Assembly: GCA_964598575.1 (NCBI GenBank)
Contig: CAZRCN010000001.1
Location: 1-62,540, forward strand
Length of the DNA stretch: 62,540 nt
Reading direction: 5' to 3'
From: an uncultured Victivallales bacterium
GTDB taxonomy: Bacteria > Verrucomicrobiota > Kiritimatiellia > UBA8416
Position 1 is the stretch's first letter. Each line of letters begins with the position of its first letter. Of this stretch, positions 38,408-47,806 are shown piece after piece. The translations under genes were made by a program, and so were the position numbers. The notes beneath the pieces are model-generated. The model was given only the letters and a program-made list of their open reading frames with translations, searched no databases and was not told the DNA's origin.

Positions 38408-39061
38408 TTACACTTCTGTCCGCATCGCATCCACAGGCTCCATCTTGGCCGCACGCCATGCCGGATATAATGCACCGCACACACTCAAAAACACGCCGGC
38501 CAGAAACGAGATGACCATGATCCTTAGCAGCGACAGCAGCGGGATCAAGGTCCAGACCTCCTGCCCGAAACGGCCCCACCCTTCCAGATAGGCCAGAAAT
38601 ACGCCCAGCAGCAAACCCAGAACCGTGCCCACCAAGCCCTGGAAGAGACTCTCCAGCAGATACAGCTTCACAATAAAGGAATCGAGCCCACCCAGGCATT
38701 TCATCGTCCCGATTTCACGGAAACGTTCGGTCACGCTGATCAACATCGCATTGACAATCCCCACAAAGCTGATCAGCATTGCAATGGCCAGCATCCAGGT
38801 CGTCTGCGCCTGCTGCTCCGGACTCAGCATCTGCTCCAAAAGCCCCTCCCGCGCCAACTCCTGCAGCAGCGACTCCGATACCCGATCCCCAATGTGCGAA
38901 ACCATCTCGTTCGAGCAACTGATATACGTCAGAAACGTCAGCGCCAGCGCAATACAGCAGGTCACCAGAAAGGTCTTTAACAACCGCACCCGCAGCCCGC
39001 GCCACGCCACTTGCAGCACCTTGCGGTAGGGTAATACAACAATTTTTTGCATTTCAGCCAT
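38408..39061 (-). CDS. Minimal FtsX-type ABC permease (4 TM, ~60-aa ectodomain)
   Basis: TM1 TFLVTCCIALALTFLTYI, then a short loop, then the FtsX block MLISVTERFREIGTMKCLGGLDSFIVKLYLLESLFQGLVG and two more TMs. Confidence 0.8.
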   Translation of the reverse strand: MAEMQKIVVLPYRKVLQVAWRGLRVRLLKTFLVTCCIALALTFLTYISCSNEMVSHIGDRVSESLLQELAREGLLEQMLSPEQQAQTTWMLAIAMLISFVGIVNAMLISVTERFREIGTMKCLGGLDSFIVKLYLLESLFQGLVGTVLGLLLGVFLAYLEGWGRFGQEVWTLIPLLSLLRIMVISFLAGVFLSVCGALYPAWRAAKMEPVDAMRTEV

Positions 39062-39066
39062 AACAA

Positions 39067-39438
39067 TTACTTCTCCATATCCATCACCACTAACCCTTTA
39101 GTCATCAGCGTTTGCATAAATTTTGTGACGGCTATCTCTGCCTCCGGAACACTCAGATGCTGATCGCGGGCAAAACGCTTGATCATCGCCTGCACCGTTC
39201 GTTTCCCATTACAACCTTCATACACATACCGCCCATAGGCATCCAGCCCAAATGTCCGTTCCGCCGTTTCAGCGGCCCCCAGCCAACGCTGCCAGCGCGG
39301 ACGCAAAAACCGGATCGTCACTAACAGTTTCTCTTGCTTTTCCTCCGTCCGCACCGGTGGAACCGGAAAGGGCCGTCCACGTAACGCCGCCCGGCGTGCC
39401 GCCGGGCTTGCCACATGCCTTTTTTTCCTACCAGCCAT
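39067..39438 (-). CDS. PqqD-family (peptide-binding, RRE-like) protein with a basic N-terminal tail
   Basis: AAGGAG RBS. LDAYGRYVYEGCNGKRTVQAMIKRFARDQHLSVPEAEIAVTKFMQTLMTKGLVVM fits the PqqD pattern (l.n..g..iw.l.dG.rTv.ei...l...y.v..e....dv..Fl..L...gLi). N-terminus MAGRKKRHVASPAARRAALRGRP. Confidence 0.6.
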   Translation of the reverse strand: MAGRKKRHVASPAARRAALRGRPFPVPPVRTEEKQEKLLVTIRFLRPRWQRWLGAAETAERTFGLDAYGRYVYEGCNGKRTVQAMIKRFARDQHLSVPEAEIAVTKFMQTLMTKGLVVMDMEK

Positions 39439-39474
39439 CCTGCTCCTTTGCTCCCTATCCCGCCACCTACGCGC

Positions 39475-40461
39475 TTACATCTGCGGGGCAGCCGGGAATC
39501 GATTCATTCCATCAATCAACGTGCAACACATGCTCTCCTGCGCCTGCCCACGGGCGGCATGTTCGGCAATCAACAAACGGTTCCGTTGCTGGTCGTGCAC
39601 CCCCAGTGCCGCCGTACTGCGGGGCGCATACCATCCCAACGGTGCCGGAATCCGTTTCCAACCGCGTCGTACCATACCGGACAAATCGGGCTTGCCAGGA
39701 TGACGCCACGTCCGTGCCTGCATCGAGCGCGGACGCAACCGGCGATGCTCCTTAAAGGGTGCCACATTCAACCATTTTTCCCACGAACGCCGCTTCAAAG
39801 CCAGATCCCCCGGATAGACCTGTCGGACCAGCAAGGTCTCCTGCCTCCCTTTGGCAAACAGCAATGCCACATCGCCAGCAAACAGGTGGCGTTGCATCAG
39901 CTCGAATCCGGCTGGAACCGTAAATTGCACCTCGTACATCGACCATAGTCGCTGCGTGTCCAAAGGGGTCGCCCGCAGCGTCGGCAAGATCGATGTAACC
40001 ACGATCCGCCGGATCTCTTTGTCCAAAACCCCGTTCAGGGTAATGCCGAGCAGCAGATCTGCCTTCTCGGAATAGCCATACCAGTAGGTCGTCTCCTTGC
40101 CTTCTTCCGTCTGTAGATCACGCGCCCATCCCACCGCGGTAAAATGCTCGGCGGCCGGTGGGTTCGGCTGCGGATGCGCTCCGTGCTGCCCTAACCGGGA
40201 ACGAACCCACTCGCACCCATCCGTGATCCGCGCGTTCTGCGGACGCGCCCATTTTACGCTGAAAATCGCAACATCGTGGTTACCCACAATCATCTGGCCC
40301 TTGTCGGTCGTCCCCAGCAATTTCAACGGTTGCCAGCTTTCCGGCATCCAAAACTGCCACCCCGCCCAGGCCAGTAAAGAAAAGGCATTCTCTCCCGCCT
40401 CGGAAACAGCCGGCTGTCCGGTCTGCTGCACCTCTTCCGGGTATGGTTCCTGTCCTATCAT
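39475..40461 (-). CDS. Soluble hypothetical protein (328 aa), possibly an internal tandem duplication
   Basis: No TM and no signal peptide. The two halves share a W..F..P..(W/F)....L..G.......(V)..W/Y.(R)P pattern (WQFWMPESWQPLKLLG...SVKWARP versus WSMYEVQFTVPAGFELMQ...VRQVYP). Confidence 0.5.
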   Translation of the reverse strand: MIGQEPYPEEVQQTGQPAVSEAGENAFSLLAWAGWQFWMPESWQPLKLLGTTDKGQMIVGNHDVAIFSVKWARPQNARITDGCEWVRSRLGQHGAHPQPNPPAAEHFTAVGWARDLQTEEGKETTYWYGYSEKADLLLGITLNGVLDKEIRRIVVTSILPTLRATPLDTQRLWSMYEVQFTVPAGFELMQRHLFAGDVALLFAKGRQETLLVRQVYPGDLALKRRSWEKWLNVAPFKEHRRLRPRSMQARTWRHPGKPDLSGMVRRGWKRIPAPLGWYAPRSTAALGVHDQQRNRLLIAEHAARGQAQESMCCTLIDGMNRFPAAPQM

Positions 40462-40574
40462 CTCTGTCGTCTCATTTCGGCTGTCTACCCTCTTGCCTCA
40501 GGCTGTATCGGCGTTCCGGCGGCATCACCCACAACGCCTACAAGCACAGTACCGATGGGGTGCTGCCCTTACCC

Positions 40575-42572
40575 TTATAGCGGCAACACCACATTTACGC
40601 TCTTCATCATAAAGACGACCCCCAGCGCCAGCATCGAGATAAGCCCTACGCCAGCCCCGAAACCTGCGGCAAACACAATACGATACTGGGGCCATCGATC
40701 ACCAAACCATTTGCGGCACCCGTAGCGGCCCAGCAAAGCCCCGATAATCGTGGGGATAATGGAATGCGGCAAGGACTGGTCGAGCCCACGCACCACACCA
40801 TAGACCAGGAACACCGGCAAATTGAAGTGGGCCAGAACCGCATAGAGGCACAATGCCCCCCCGAGACCGGCCCCGATATAATCAAGCCGGAATGCTTCCT
40901 GGAACGGACTCACACCTGCATCCGGCAAGGTCGACGTAGCTATCAGGCCCTGCTGATAGGCCTGCAGCTCCCAGAATTCATTTGCATACGGAAACATCTC
41001 GCTCGGAACCGGTCCCATCGACCAGATAAACTGCGCAAACAAGAGCGTACTGATAATCATCAGGGGGTAGGTAATCGCTTCCGCCTTGATCAACGCCGTG
41101 AATTTGGTGCCCGTTAATTCCATCGTCCGGAATTCGAGCACCTGCTGCGCATGATTATGCAGGGGAATCGGCGCGTACCAGATGGCCGCACCTTTATACC
41201 CGGACAACATGAAGGTTGCTTCCCGGACAAATGGGATCTGGAGCTGCATCCCGACCAAGCCCTCCATGCGTGCCGACATGTAACTCACAAAGGGCGTCCA
41301 CACAAATCCATAGAACATCAGCAACCACAACGGGAACGGATCCCCCGCAAGCGGCCCCGACTTGTGATTGATCAGGTAGTAGGCAATCGAGATATACGAG
41401 ATCGTCGATACAATATAAATGATCACGCCCAGCCAGATCGGGATATCCCCGCGCTCGGGGTTACGGTGCAGCAACCGCTTCCACTCCACCTTGGTCGCCC
41501 CCACATCATCCGCTTCCTCCTTGCGCTTCTTCAGCTTCGAGTACATATGCAGGAACCCGATAACGGCCACCGCAAACATCAACCCCAACCCGAAACTGAA
41601 ATAAAAGTCAAAGTGATTGGCACGCACTACCTCCATGGCATTAAGGCCGGGTTCCCAGCTCGTAAGAACGCCATAGTGATACAGGATCGGGTTGGCAATC
41701 ATCGTGAATAGCACCCCGAAGAGACTACCCATGATCGCCATGAAGGGCATCACCATACCCGTGACCATGAGGCCCAGATCAAAGGACATCATAATCGGCA
41801 TCGCCGGCAACACCCCCTCCGTATAGTGCGTTAAATCGGCAAAAGGTATAGGGATAATTCGCATCGGTCGCCCGAAGGCAGCCGCCGTGATACTCGGTAA
41901 ACCAATGTAGATGGCACCAAAGAAAATGCCGAGCGCACCGCCCATCGAGAAAACCTTGGTGCGCCAGGTTTCGCGCTCGTTCGAGGAATCCGCCAGTGCC
42001 GTCATACCGGCGGCACCCACTGGCGCCAGCGGGAACGGCAATTCCTCGACATCGGCGGTCAACCGGTACATGATGTATCCCAACCCGAAGTTGTCTACCC
42101 GCGTCAGGAACATCATCAAGGCCCCAATACCAACGGGCCACATCCACTCCCACATGAAGAAACTACGCTCGGCCAGCACCGCCGGATCCGTTGGCACATA
42201 CCACGACGGGAGGAACTCCGTCAGTCCCATCTTGCGAATTTCCTCGCTTTGCGCAAAAAACTGGCGCCAGAGCCAGCCCCGCCCCCCCGCAGCCATGGCC
42301 GCGCCGCTCATGTAGAACAGGATGAAAATCTGTGGCCGCTTGAGCTTCACCAGCGCCCGCCGCGCAATTTCAACGTATAGCAGTACGGTAACCCATTTGG
42401 CTGCACCACCCATATGCAGCCCTGCAACCAGATTCATGTACACATTCGCCGGTGCCATGATCAGGCCCACAAACAGCCCCATCAGTACTGTGCCCCAACT
42501 GATCCCCTCCTCAAACGTATCGGGAGCCGTCATCAGGTTTCGAAATTCCTGGAATTCTTTGTCTTCGCGCAT
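40575..42572 (-). CDS. Polytopic membrane protein (665 aa, ~14-16 TM), distantly OPT-transporter-like by eye
   Basis: N-terminus WGTVLMGLFVGLIMAPANVYMNLVAGLHMGG resembles the OPT-family start (..aaNaYlGLkvGlt..). Hydrophobic spans run throughout. Confidence 0.5.
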   Translation of the reverse strand: MREDKEFQEFRNLMTAPDTFEEGISWGTVLMGLFVGLIMAPANVYMNLVAGLHMGGAAKWVTVLLYVEIARRALVKLKRPQIFILFYMSGAAMAAGGRGWLWRQFFAQSEEIRKMGLTEFLPSWYVPTDPAVLAERSFFMWEWMWPVGIGALMMFLTRVDNFGLGYIMYRLTADVEELPFPLAPVGAAGMTALADSSNERETWRTKVFSMGGALGIFFGAIYIGLPSITAAAFGRPMRIIPIPFADLTHYTEGVLPAMPIMMSFDLGLMVTGMVMPFMAIMGSLFGVLFTMIANPILYHYGVLTSWEPGLNAMEVVRANHFDFYFSFGLGLMFAVAVIGFLHMYSKLKKRKEEADDVGATKVEWKRLLHRNPERGDIPIWLGVIIYIVSTISYISIAYYLINHKSGPLAGDPFPLWLLMFYGFVWTPFVSYMSARMEGLVGMQLQIPFVREATFMLSGYKGAAIWYAPIPLHNHAQQVLEFRTMELTGTKFTALIKAEAITYPLMIISTLLFAQFIWSMGPVPSEMFPYANEFWELQAYQQGLIATSTLPDAGVSPFQEAFRLDYIGAGLGGALCLYAVLAHFNLPVFLVYGVVRGLDQSLPHSIIPTIIGALLGRYGCRKWFGDRWPQYRIVFAAGFGAGVGLISMLALGVVFMMKSVNVVLPL

Positions 42573-42632
42573 GTTTCAGCTTTCCCTGTTCCGGTTTATT
42601 CCTCTTAACAGCAACGTGTCCGTGCCCATCCC

Positions 42633-45600
42633 CTACGCAGGTGGCCTGTCCTCGGTAACATGTTTTTCCAGCGTTTCCGCCTCCTCTAGATATGCGAGGA
42701 TTCGATCAGCACTCAGCTTCCGCCAGCCCAGCAATTGACGCCGCACATCGCTGAAAAAGGGCTTATTCAACCGCCACCAGACCTTTTCAGCACCCGCCTC
42801 ATGCACAATTTCGGCCGATATCGAGCAGGTTTCGTCCTCCGGTAGATTCACCAGAATCCGTAACTTTTGCCGCACGCCCATATCGTAGGGTTCGAGCCAG
42901 AGTCGTGCCTCCAACGCCGCAACCGATCCCTTCGTTCCCGGCGGGAGGACCTGGATCTGATCCACATCGAATCCGCCCAGAACCCCATCCCGGTGTGCAT
43001 CCAGATACTCACACAGGAATGCAATCAGTCCAGGCGCTGCCTGCTCATTCACCGTGAAGGGCAGCATATCGCGGATCACCCCGTCTTCCGGCGTCGGCAC
43101 CTTCCAGTCCATCTCCGTCGATGGTGCCGCAATGCGTCCCGCCACAACGGCTGGCACGATGGCCGACAATACCACAACCCCCTGCACCAGCAGCATCGTT
43201 TTGATGACAGCCGTACCAGAGTAGTTCAGCGTAATGCCTGTCATGAAATCAAAATGGGAAAGTACGGTAGCGGTTGCTTGCCCCGCGATATAGCCGAATA
43301 CCGCCCCCATCAGGCCATAAGTAAGTGCTTCCGCCACAAAGAGAACCCCGACATGCGTGGGCGCCAGGCCCAGACTGGTGTAGACATAGATTTCCTTCTT
43401 CCGCTCACTGACCGAGTTCAGCATTGTCGTAAAGATAATCAAGGCGGCAATCACGAGCGGGATAGCAAGATTCTTCGGTGGAATCGCCACCAGGGGCGTT
43501 GCGACCACCACGCTAACCCCGCCGTCCTTGTTGGTGTAATACGCCGGGTACACGATCGTCTTCATCAACTCGTTCGCAACGGCGACGGCTTGGTCGGTAT
43601 CCGCGCAGGCGATGCCGATGCTGCGTAGGGTCCCACCAAATTCCCGCGTTACTGCAGTCGGCAGAATGATCAACGAGCGGGCCGGCGTGAAGATTTCGGA
43701 CTCATCGCCGGTGGGCTGCATCGCTGCTGCCGAGGAGGTTTCCTGCTCGATTACATCCTGCGAATCCCGGTTGATCCAGTCCTGCGCCTGCTGCGTATAA
43801 TCATACGGTGTGATACGCTGACCATCGAGAAGGCGAATATCATCTTCGAGCACCAATGGGTCAAACACACCGCGTACAACGAACGCTACCCCCCGCAGAA
43901 CAATCGTATCGCCCGCTTGCACCTCCATCGCTTCCGCAACGACATCCGGCAGATAACAGCCCCCGTCCGCAGCAAACTGCTCCCAGTTCGGCAATACACG
44001 ATCGATCCCGCTTAACGCATCTTCCACGGGCGGAACCCCCAACGCGCCCTGCACCGGAAGCTGTTCACCCGTTTGCGGATTCAATAGATGCAACCGATAG
44101 GTGATCTCCCCCAGACCCCCTCCCAGCCAGGCGCGTTCCCCCACTTTCACATCATAATGTCCCAGTAGGTTGTGCACGGCTGCCGCCGCATGCCAGTTCA
44201 ATTCCCCGAAAGTCGGACGCCGGATCAGTACCGACGCGTTGGGTGCTGTCACCCCCTCCAGCTTGAAATCCTTCTTGTCGATATAACTGCTCGCCGAGGA
44301 AAAACACAACAGCGCAAACGTCACGAGCACAATGGTCGAGCCAGTCAGGAACGTGCGGACCTTGCGCTTACGCATGTTCGCAATCCCTAGAAACACTGCA
44401 CTGCCCAGGACGCCACCGCGCCCCATGTTCGCCCCGCTACCCTCCGCCAGCGAACTCTGGAACTCCTGCACGGACGCCTTGAAGCGCTTGAGTACCATAC
44501 TGATCACCACCAGACTCATCGCCAGGATGGCAAAGGACATCACGATCACCAGCGGCTGCGCACTGATCCGGAAAGCCGGATGGAAACTCCACAGCAACGC
44601 CGTCATCCCCGCGAAGATCGCCAAGGCACCAATGATCTGCCGCCCGACATGGGCCGCCGCAAACAGCAATCGCTCCATCGCAATCGAGAACGGCACCAGC
44701 ATCAGCATCAGGAATATGGCGCCCCGCGAAATGTCCATGCCCATCTCCTTGACGGCCTGATACGCCCGGATCTCGTTCGCCAGCGCCTTGGATGCGGCCC
44801 GCTTCAACCCGGCCCCGTCATCAGCCTCCCGATAGCCGTCTGCTACCTCCAACTCGGTGCGGGTCGCCTTCCGGATTTCATCAATCTTGCCACTTTCGAT
44901 TCCCGCTGATCGGTAGTCCGTCAACCGCCATTCATTCAGCGTGTACAAATCGCGTGCCGCAATATATTCCGGAATCGTCTCCAGGGTCTCCTCCACCGCA
45001 AAACCTCGCTGGAAGGTACCACGCAGATCAAGACCGAGCTCGCGACCGTTCTCCAAGGCATTGAGCAACGCCATCCGGATACGTGTAGCGCCTGCGCGCA
45101 GAATGATCTGCCAGCGAATATCAGGTTCGACCAGCCCCCACATCTGGCCATGCTCATCCATACTGAAGGTGGCTTGCTTCGGACTGCCCCCCCGGAGCGC
45201 ATCCAGCAGGGATGCCTCCTGCAGCGGCTCCAGGAACCGTACATCAAAAAAGGACGGTCCGTTCAGTTCTGTCGAACCGAAGGTAACCACCCGCGGAAGC
45301 TGATCACCGGGTTTATTCCCCAGGTTGAACGTGGTAGTCAGCCGGGTACTGACCATGGATTCGGTCGTGGACAGGGACTCCACCAGATTGCCCCATTCAT
45401 CCACCAGGACTGCCACTAGATCGAACGACTGGACGTAGCGGTTTATCTTCGCCGGCATCAACGGAATACGCAGGGCCCCATCAGCATCGGTCCAGCCAAA
45501 GTTATGCCGGCGAATGCCATCCATGCTTTGAGAGCTCCCACCCCCGACAAAGGTGCAGAGAAACCCCGGGCGCGGTACCCGCGGCACCGTCTCACCCGCC

Positions 45601-47753
45601 GACACGGCCACGACCCGCCCCATCCCGTGCCGCCAATTCGCCGTGGATTCCCCTACCGGGCGCACGTCCGGCTCGTAGTCGTCACTCGTGAACAACCATT
45701 GCAGAAAGGCCAATGATGGGGCCAGTTGCGGTGTGATTCGCGCCCAATCCAGTCGGTCAAATGTATCCAGTGGCGAATCCGGACGCAGGCGATCTGCATC
45801 ATCCGTCAACCACGTAATGCCCTGCAATCCGAAACTGAATACACTCGACGTCACCAAGGGGCGAGCCCCAATCCATCCCCCGCCGCTCGGACGGCCCGAA
45901 AGAGCCGGCAGGTTCACGGAACGGCGCATGTCGGACCCCTCCGGCCATATATCGCCCCGGCGAACCGCAAAGCGTAGCGCACGCTCCAGGCGTCGGTCGG
46001 TTCCTGGGATTCGGTTCATCGGGCACTCGAGTCCCGGCCCGACCATCAAACCACAGTCTGACAGATCCAACCCCACCACCAGCGCGGTGGCCGAGGTAAG
46101 CTCTGGATCCCCTTCCACCCCGAAATACGTCACGATCTGGCGTCGAATTGCATCCATAGGGGTAAAGAAGTTCAATCGATCCAGTTGCTCCGCATGCTGC
46201 TGCTCAATGCGATCCGCCATGCGGTTCCAGAGCATACGGGCAACCGGCACATCCTGCTCCTGCAGGGAACTCCCGTCCCGATAGACGGTTTCCAATACCC
46301 GATTCCGGATGCGAATCGGGTCGGTATAGATAGCCAGCATCTGCGCCGCATACTGCTTGCCCACCTCAAAGGCATCCCAGGCATCCGCCAGTACGTCTCC
46401 CGTCGGTTGCGCTACTTCCTCCTCTACCATCCGCAGCCGCTGCTCCTCCACAAACGCGGCCGCAGCCTCCAGCGTCACATGGTCTTCCTCTGTAAGCTCC
46501 TGGGCATGATGCTCCAGCAACCACGTGCGCCCTTCTTCCAGAATCCCGAGGATCTCCTCCCGCGTCACGAGGGTATTCTCTTCCGCCCGGCGCTGGGATG
46601 CCAATCGCAATTCGCCCTGGAGCTGTTTGAGGCGCAGGACCTCCGGCCCTACCGCATCCTTGTAGAGACGGCGAATGTGTTTGGCGCGGCTCCGGTCATG
46701 CATGATGGCCAGCCCCGCATCGGCACTTTCAAATGACTGGAACTCTTCTAATGCCGCCTGATACGCCTCCAGACGCTCTTGCTCAATCTCCGTATATGCT
46801 TTGCGGGTTCGGCCATCTGGTGTTACCGATAGCATGGCGGCCATGTAACGCATGCCCAGATGGTTCAGGTGATACGCATCCAGAAAACCGAACAGCAGGG
46901 AACGGGAGGGATCGGCCGCCTCATCCCGCAGGAGGTTCAGTACCGTAGCGGCATCCAGTGCAATATCAGCACCCGGCGCCACCCCGTAGACCTTGCTCAT
47001 CGAATCATATGGTGCCACCACCGCATACGGTTTGTCCCCTTGGGCACCCGAGCCCTTCACGCCTACATAGATGTTGCGCGCTTGCTTCTCCTGCCAACTG
47101 CCGCGACAGAGTATCCGCCCCTCCTTCAATGCGCCGGACCGTAGCGCATCCGCCAACGGCCCCTCCGGCACGTAGTACCGCGGCTTGTAGAGCGATTGCT
47201 TCCCGCTCATGAGGCTCCTGCCCGGTTCGTCCGATTCCAGCAGAATCACGGCAACCGCACCAAAATCAAATGCCCGGCGGTAGTTGCCATAGGCAGAAAG
47301 CTCCATCACGGCGATATTCCCGCGCAAGGACTGGGCCGGCATGTCGGCTAACTCGGCCTCCCCGATATACCGGAACCGACCACTAATCCCGTACCGGGGC
47401 GTTGTATTCAGACGGGCCACATCCGGCCAAATCGGATGGATCGTATGCTGCCCGGCCATCTCGCCACTGTCCAGTTCCAGATAGGTTTCTTCATACACCG
47501 GCACCACAACCGGGAACTCGTGCACCCAGACTTCCGTGCCGGGGATGGCCTTGACCTTCTCCAGCAGGGCATCCTGTACCGCACGGTGCTCCTCGGTGCC
47601 CACTTGCCGCGTCGCAAAGGAGGATAGCCATGCCGTATCTGCCTGTACACGCGCCGCAAACGAGTTTGTCTCGTCAGCCCTGGCAATCCCGGCTGAACCC
47701 AGCCCCAGCAGGATCACCGCCATCATTATGCTCGCTGTATGCCTGTCTCTCAT
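42633..47753 (-). CDS. Giant (1706 aa) envelope protein: signal/anchor + degenerate M28-like ectodomain with coiled-coil insert + two FtsX/MacB-type permease modules + cytoplasmic tail
   Basis: The start is set at ATG 47753; the ORF-track start 48194 overlaps the upstream gene by 388 nt, and 47726 is an alternative. Motifs: YAVVAPYDS, LLFGFLDAYHLNHLG, LRPDSPLDTFDRLD (M28-like), ANMRKRKVRTFLTGSTIVLVTFALLCF (MacB TM1), LNSVSERKKEIYVYTSLGLAP (FtsX block). Confidence 0.7.
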   Translation of the reverse strand: MRDRHTASIMMAVILLGLGSAGIARADETNSFAARVQADTAWLSSFATRQVGTEEHRAVQDALLEKVKAIPGTEVWVHEFPVVVPVYEETYLELDSGEMAGQHTIHPIWPDVARLNTTPRYGISGRFRYIGEAELADMPAQSLRGNIAVMELSAYGNYRRAFDFGAVAVILLESDEPGRSLMSGKQSLYKPRYYVPEGPLADALRSGALKEGRILCRGSWQEKQARNIYVGVKGSGAQGDKPYAVVAPYDSMSKVYGVAPGADIALDAATVLNLLRDEAADPSRSLLFGFLDAYHLNHLGMRYMAAMLSVTPDGRTRKAYTEIEQERLEAYQAALEEFQSFESADAGLAIMHDRSRAKHIRRLYKDAVGPEVLRLKQLQGELRLASQRRAEENTLVTREEILGILEEGRTWLLEHHAQELTEEDHVTLEAAAAFVEEQRLRMVEEEVAQPTGDVLADAWDAFEVGKQYAAQMLAIYTDPIRIRNRVLETVYRDGSSLQEQDVPVARMLWNRMADRIEQQHAEQLDRLNFFTPMDAIRRQIVTYFGVEGDPELTSATALVVGLDLSDCGLMVGPGLECPMNRIPGTDRRLERALRFAVRRGDIWPEGSDMRRSVNLPALSGRPSGGGWIGARPLVTSSVFSFGLQGITWLTDDADRLRPDSPLDTFDRLDWARITPQLAPSLAFLQWLFTSDDYEPDVRPVGESTANWRHGMGRVVAVSAGETVPRVPRPGFLCTFVGGGSSQSMDGIRRHNFGWTDADGALRIPLMPAKINRYVQSFDLVAVLVDEWGNLVESLSTTESMVSTRLTTTFNLGNKPGDQLPRVVTFGSTELNGPSFFDVRFLEPLQEASLLDALRGGSPKQATFSMDEHGQMWGLVEPDIRWQIILRAGATRIRMALLNALENGRELGLDLRGTFQRGFAVEETLETIPEYIAARDLYTLNEWRLTDYRSAGIESGKIDEIRKATRTELEVADGYREADDGAGLKRAASKALANEIRAYQAVKEMGMDISRGAIFLMLMLVPFSIAMERLLFAAAHVGRQIIGALAIFAGMTALLWSFHPAFRISAQPLVIVMSFAILAMSLVVISMVLKRFKASVQEFQSSLAEGSGANMGRGGVLGSAVFLGIANMRKRKVRTFLTGSTIVLVTFALLCFSSASSYIDKKDFKLEGVTAPNASVLIRRPTFGELNWHAAAAVHNLLGHYDVKVGERAWLGGGLGEITYRLHLLNPQTGEQLPVQGALGVPPVEDALSGIDRVLPNWEQFAADGGCYLPDVVAEAMEVQAGDTIVLRGVAFVVRGVFDPLVLEDDIRLLDGQRITPYDYTQQAQDWINRDSQDVIEQETSSAAAMQPTGDESEIFTPARSLIILPTAVTREFGGTLRSIGIACADTDQAVAVANELMKTIVYPAYYTNKDGGVSVVVATPLVAIPPKNLAIPLVIAALIIFTTMLNSVSERKKEIYVYTSLGLAPTHVGVLFVAEALTYGLMGAVFGYIAGQATATVLSHFDFMTGITLNYSGTAVIKTMLLVQGVVVLSAIVPAVVAGRIAAPSTEMDWKVPTPEDGVIRDMLPFTVNEQAAPGLIAFLCEYLDAHRDGVLGGFDVDQIQVLPPGTKGSVAALEARLWLEPYDMGVRQKLRILVNLPEDETCSISAEIVHEAGAEKVWWRLNKPFFSDVRRQLLGWRKLSADRILAYLEEAETLEKHVTEDRPPA

Positions 47754-47806
47754 CGTACGCCGCCTGCAAATGGTTTGTCTCGCACTCTTCTCTCCAATTT
47801 CGTCCG

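Noticed and set aside
39439-40574. A search for a RiPP precursor-peptide ORF near the PqqD-like gene.
   Set aside because: The intergenic gaps are 36 and 113 nt. I found no ATG/GTG-initiated short ORF with a ribosome-binding site, and no maturation enzyme is present.
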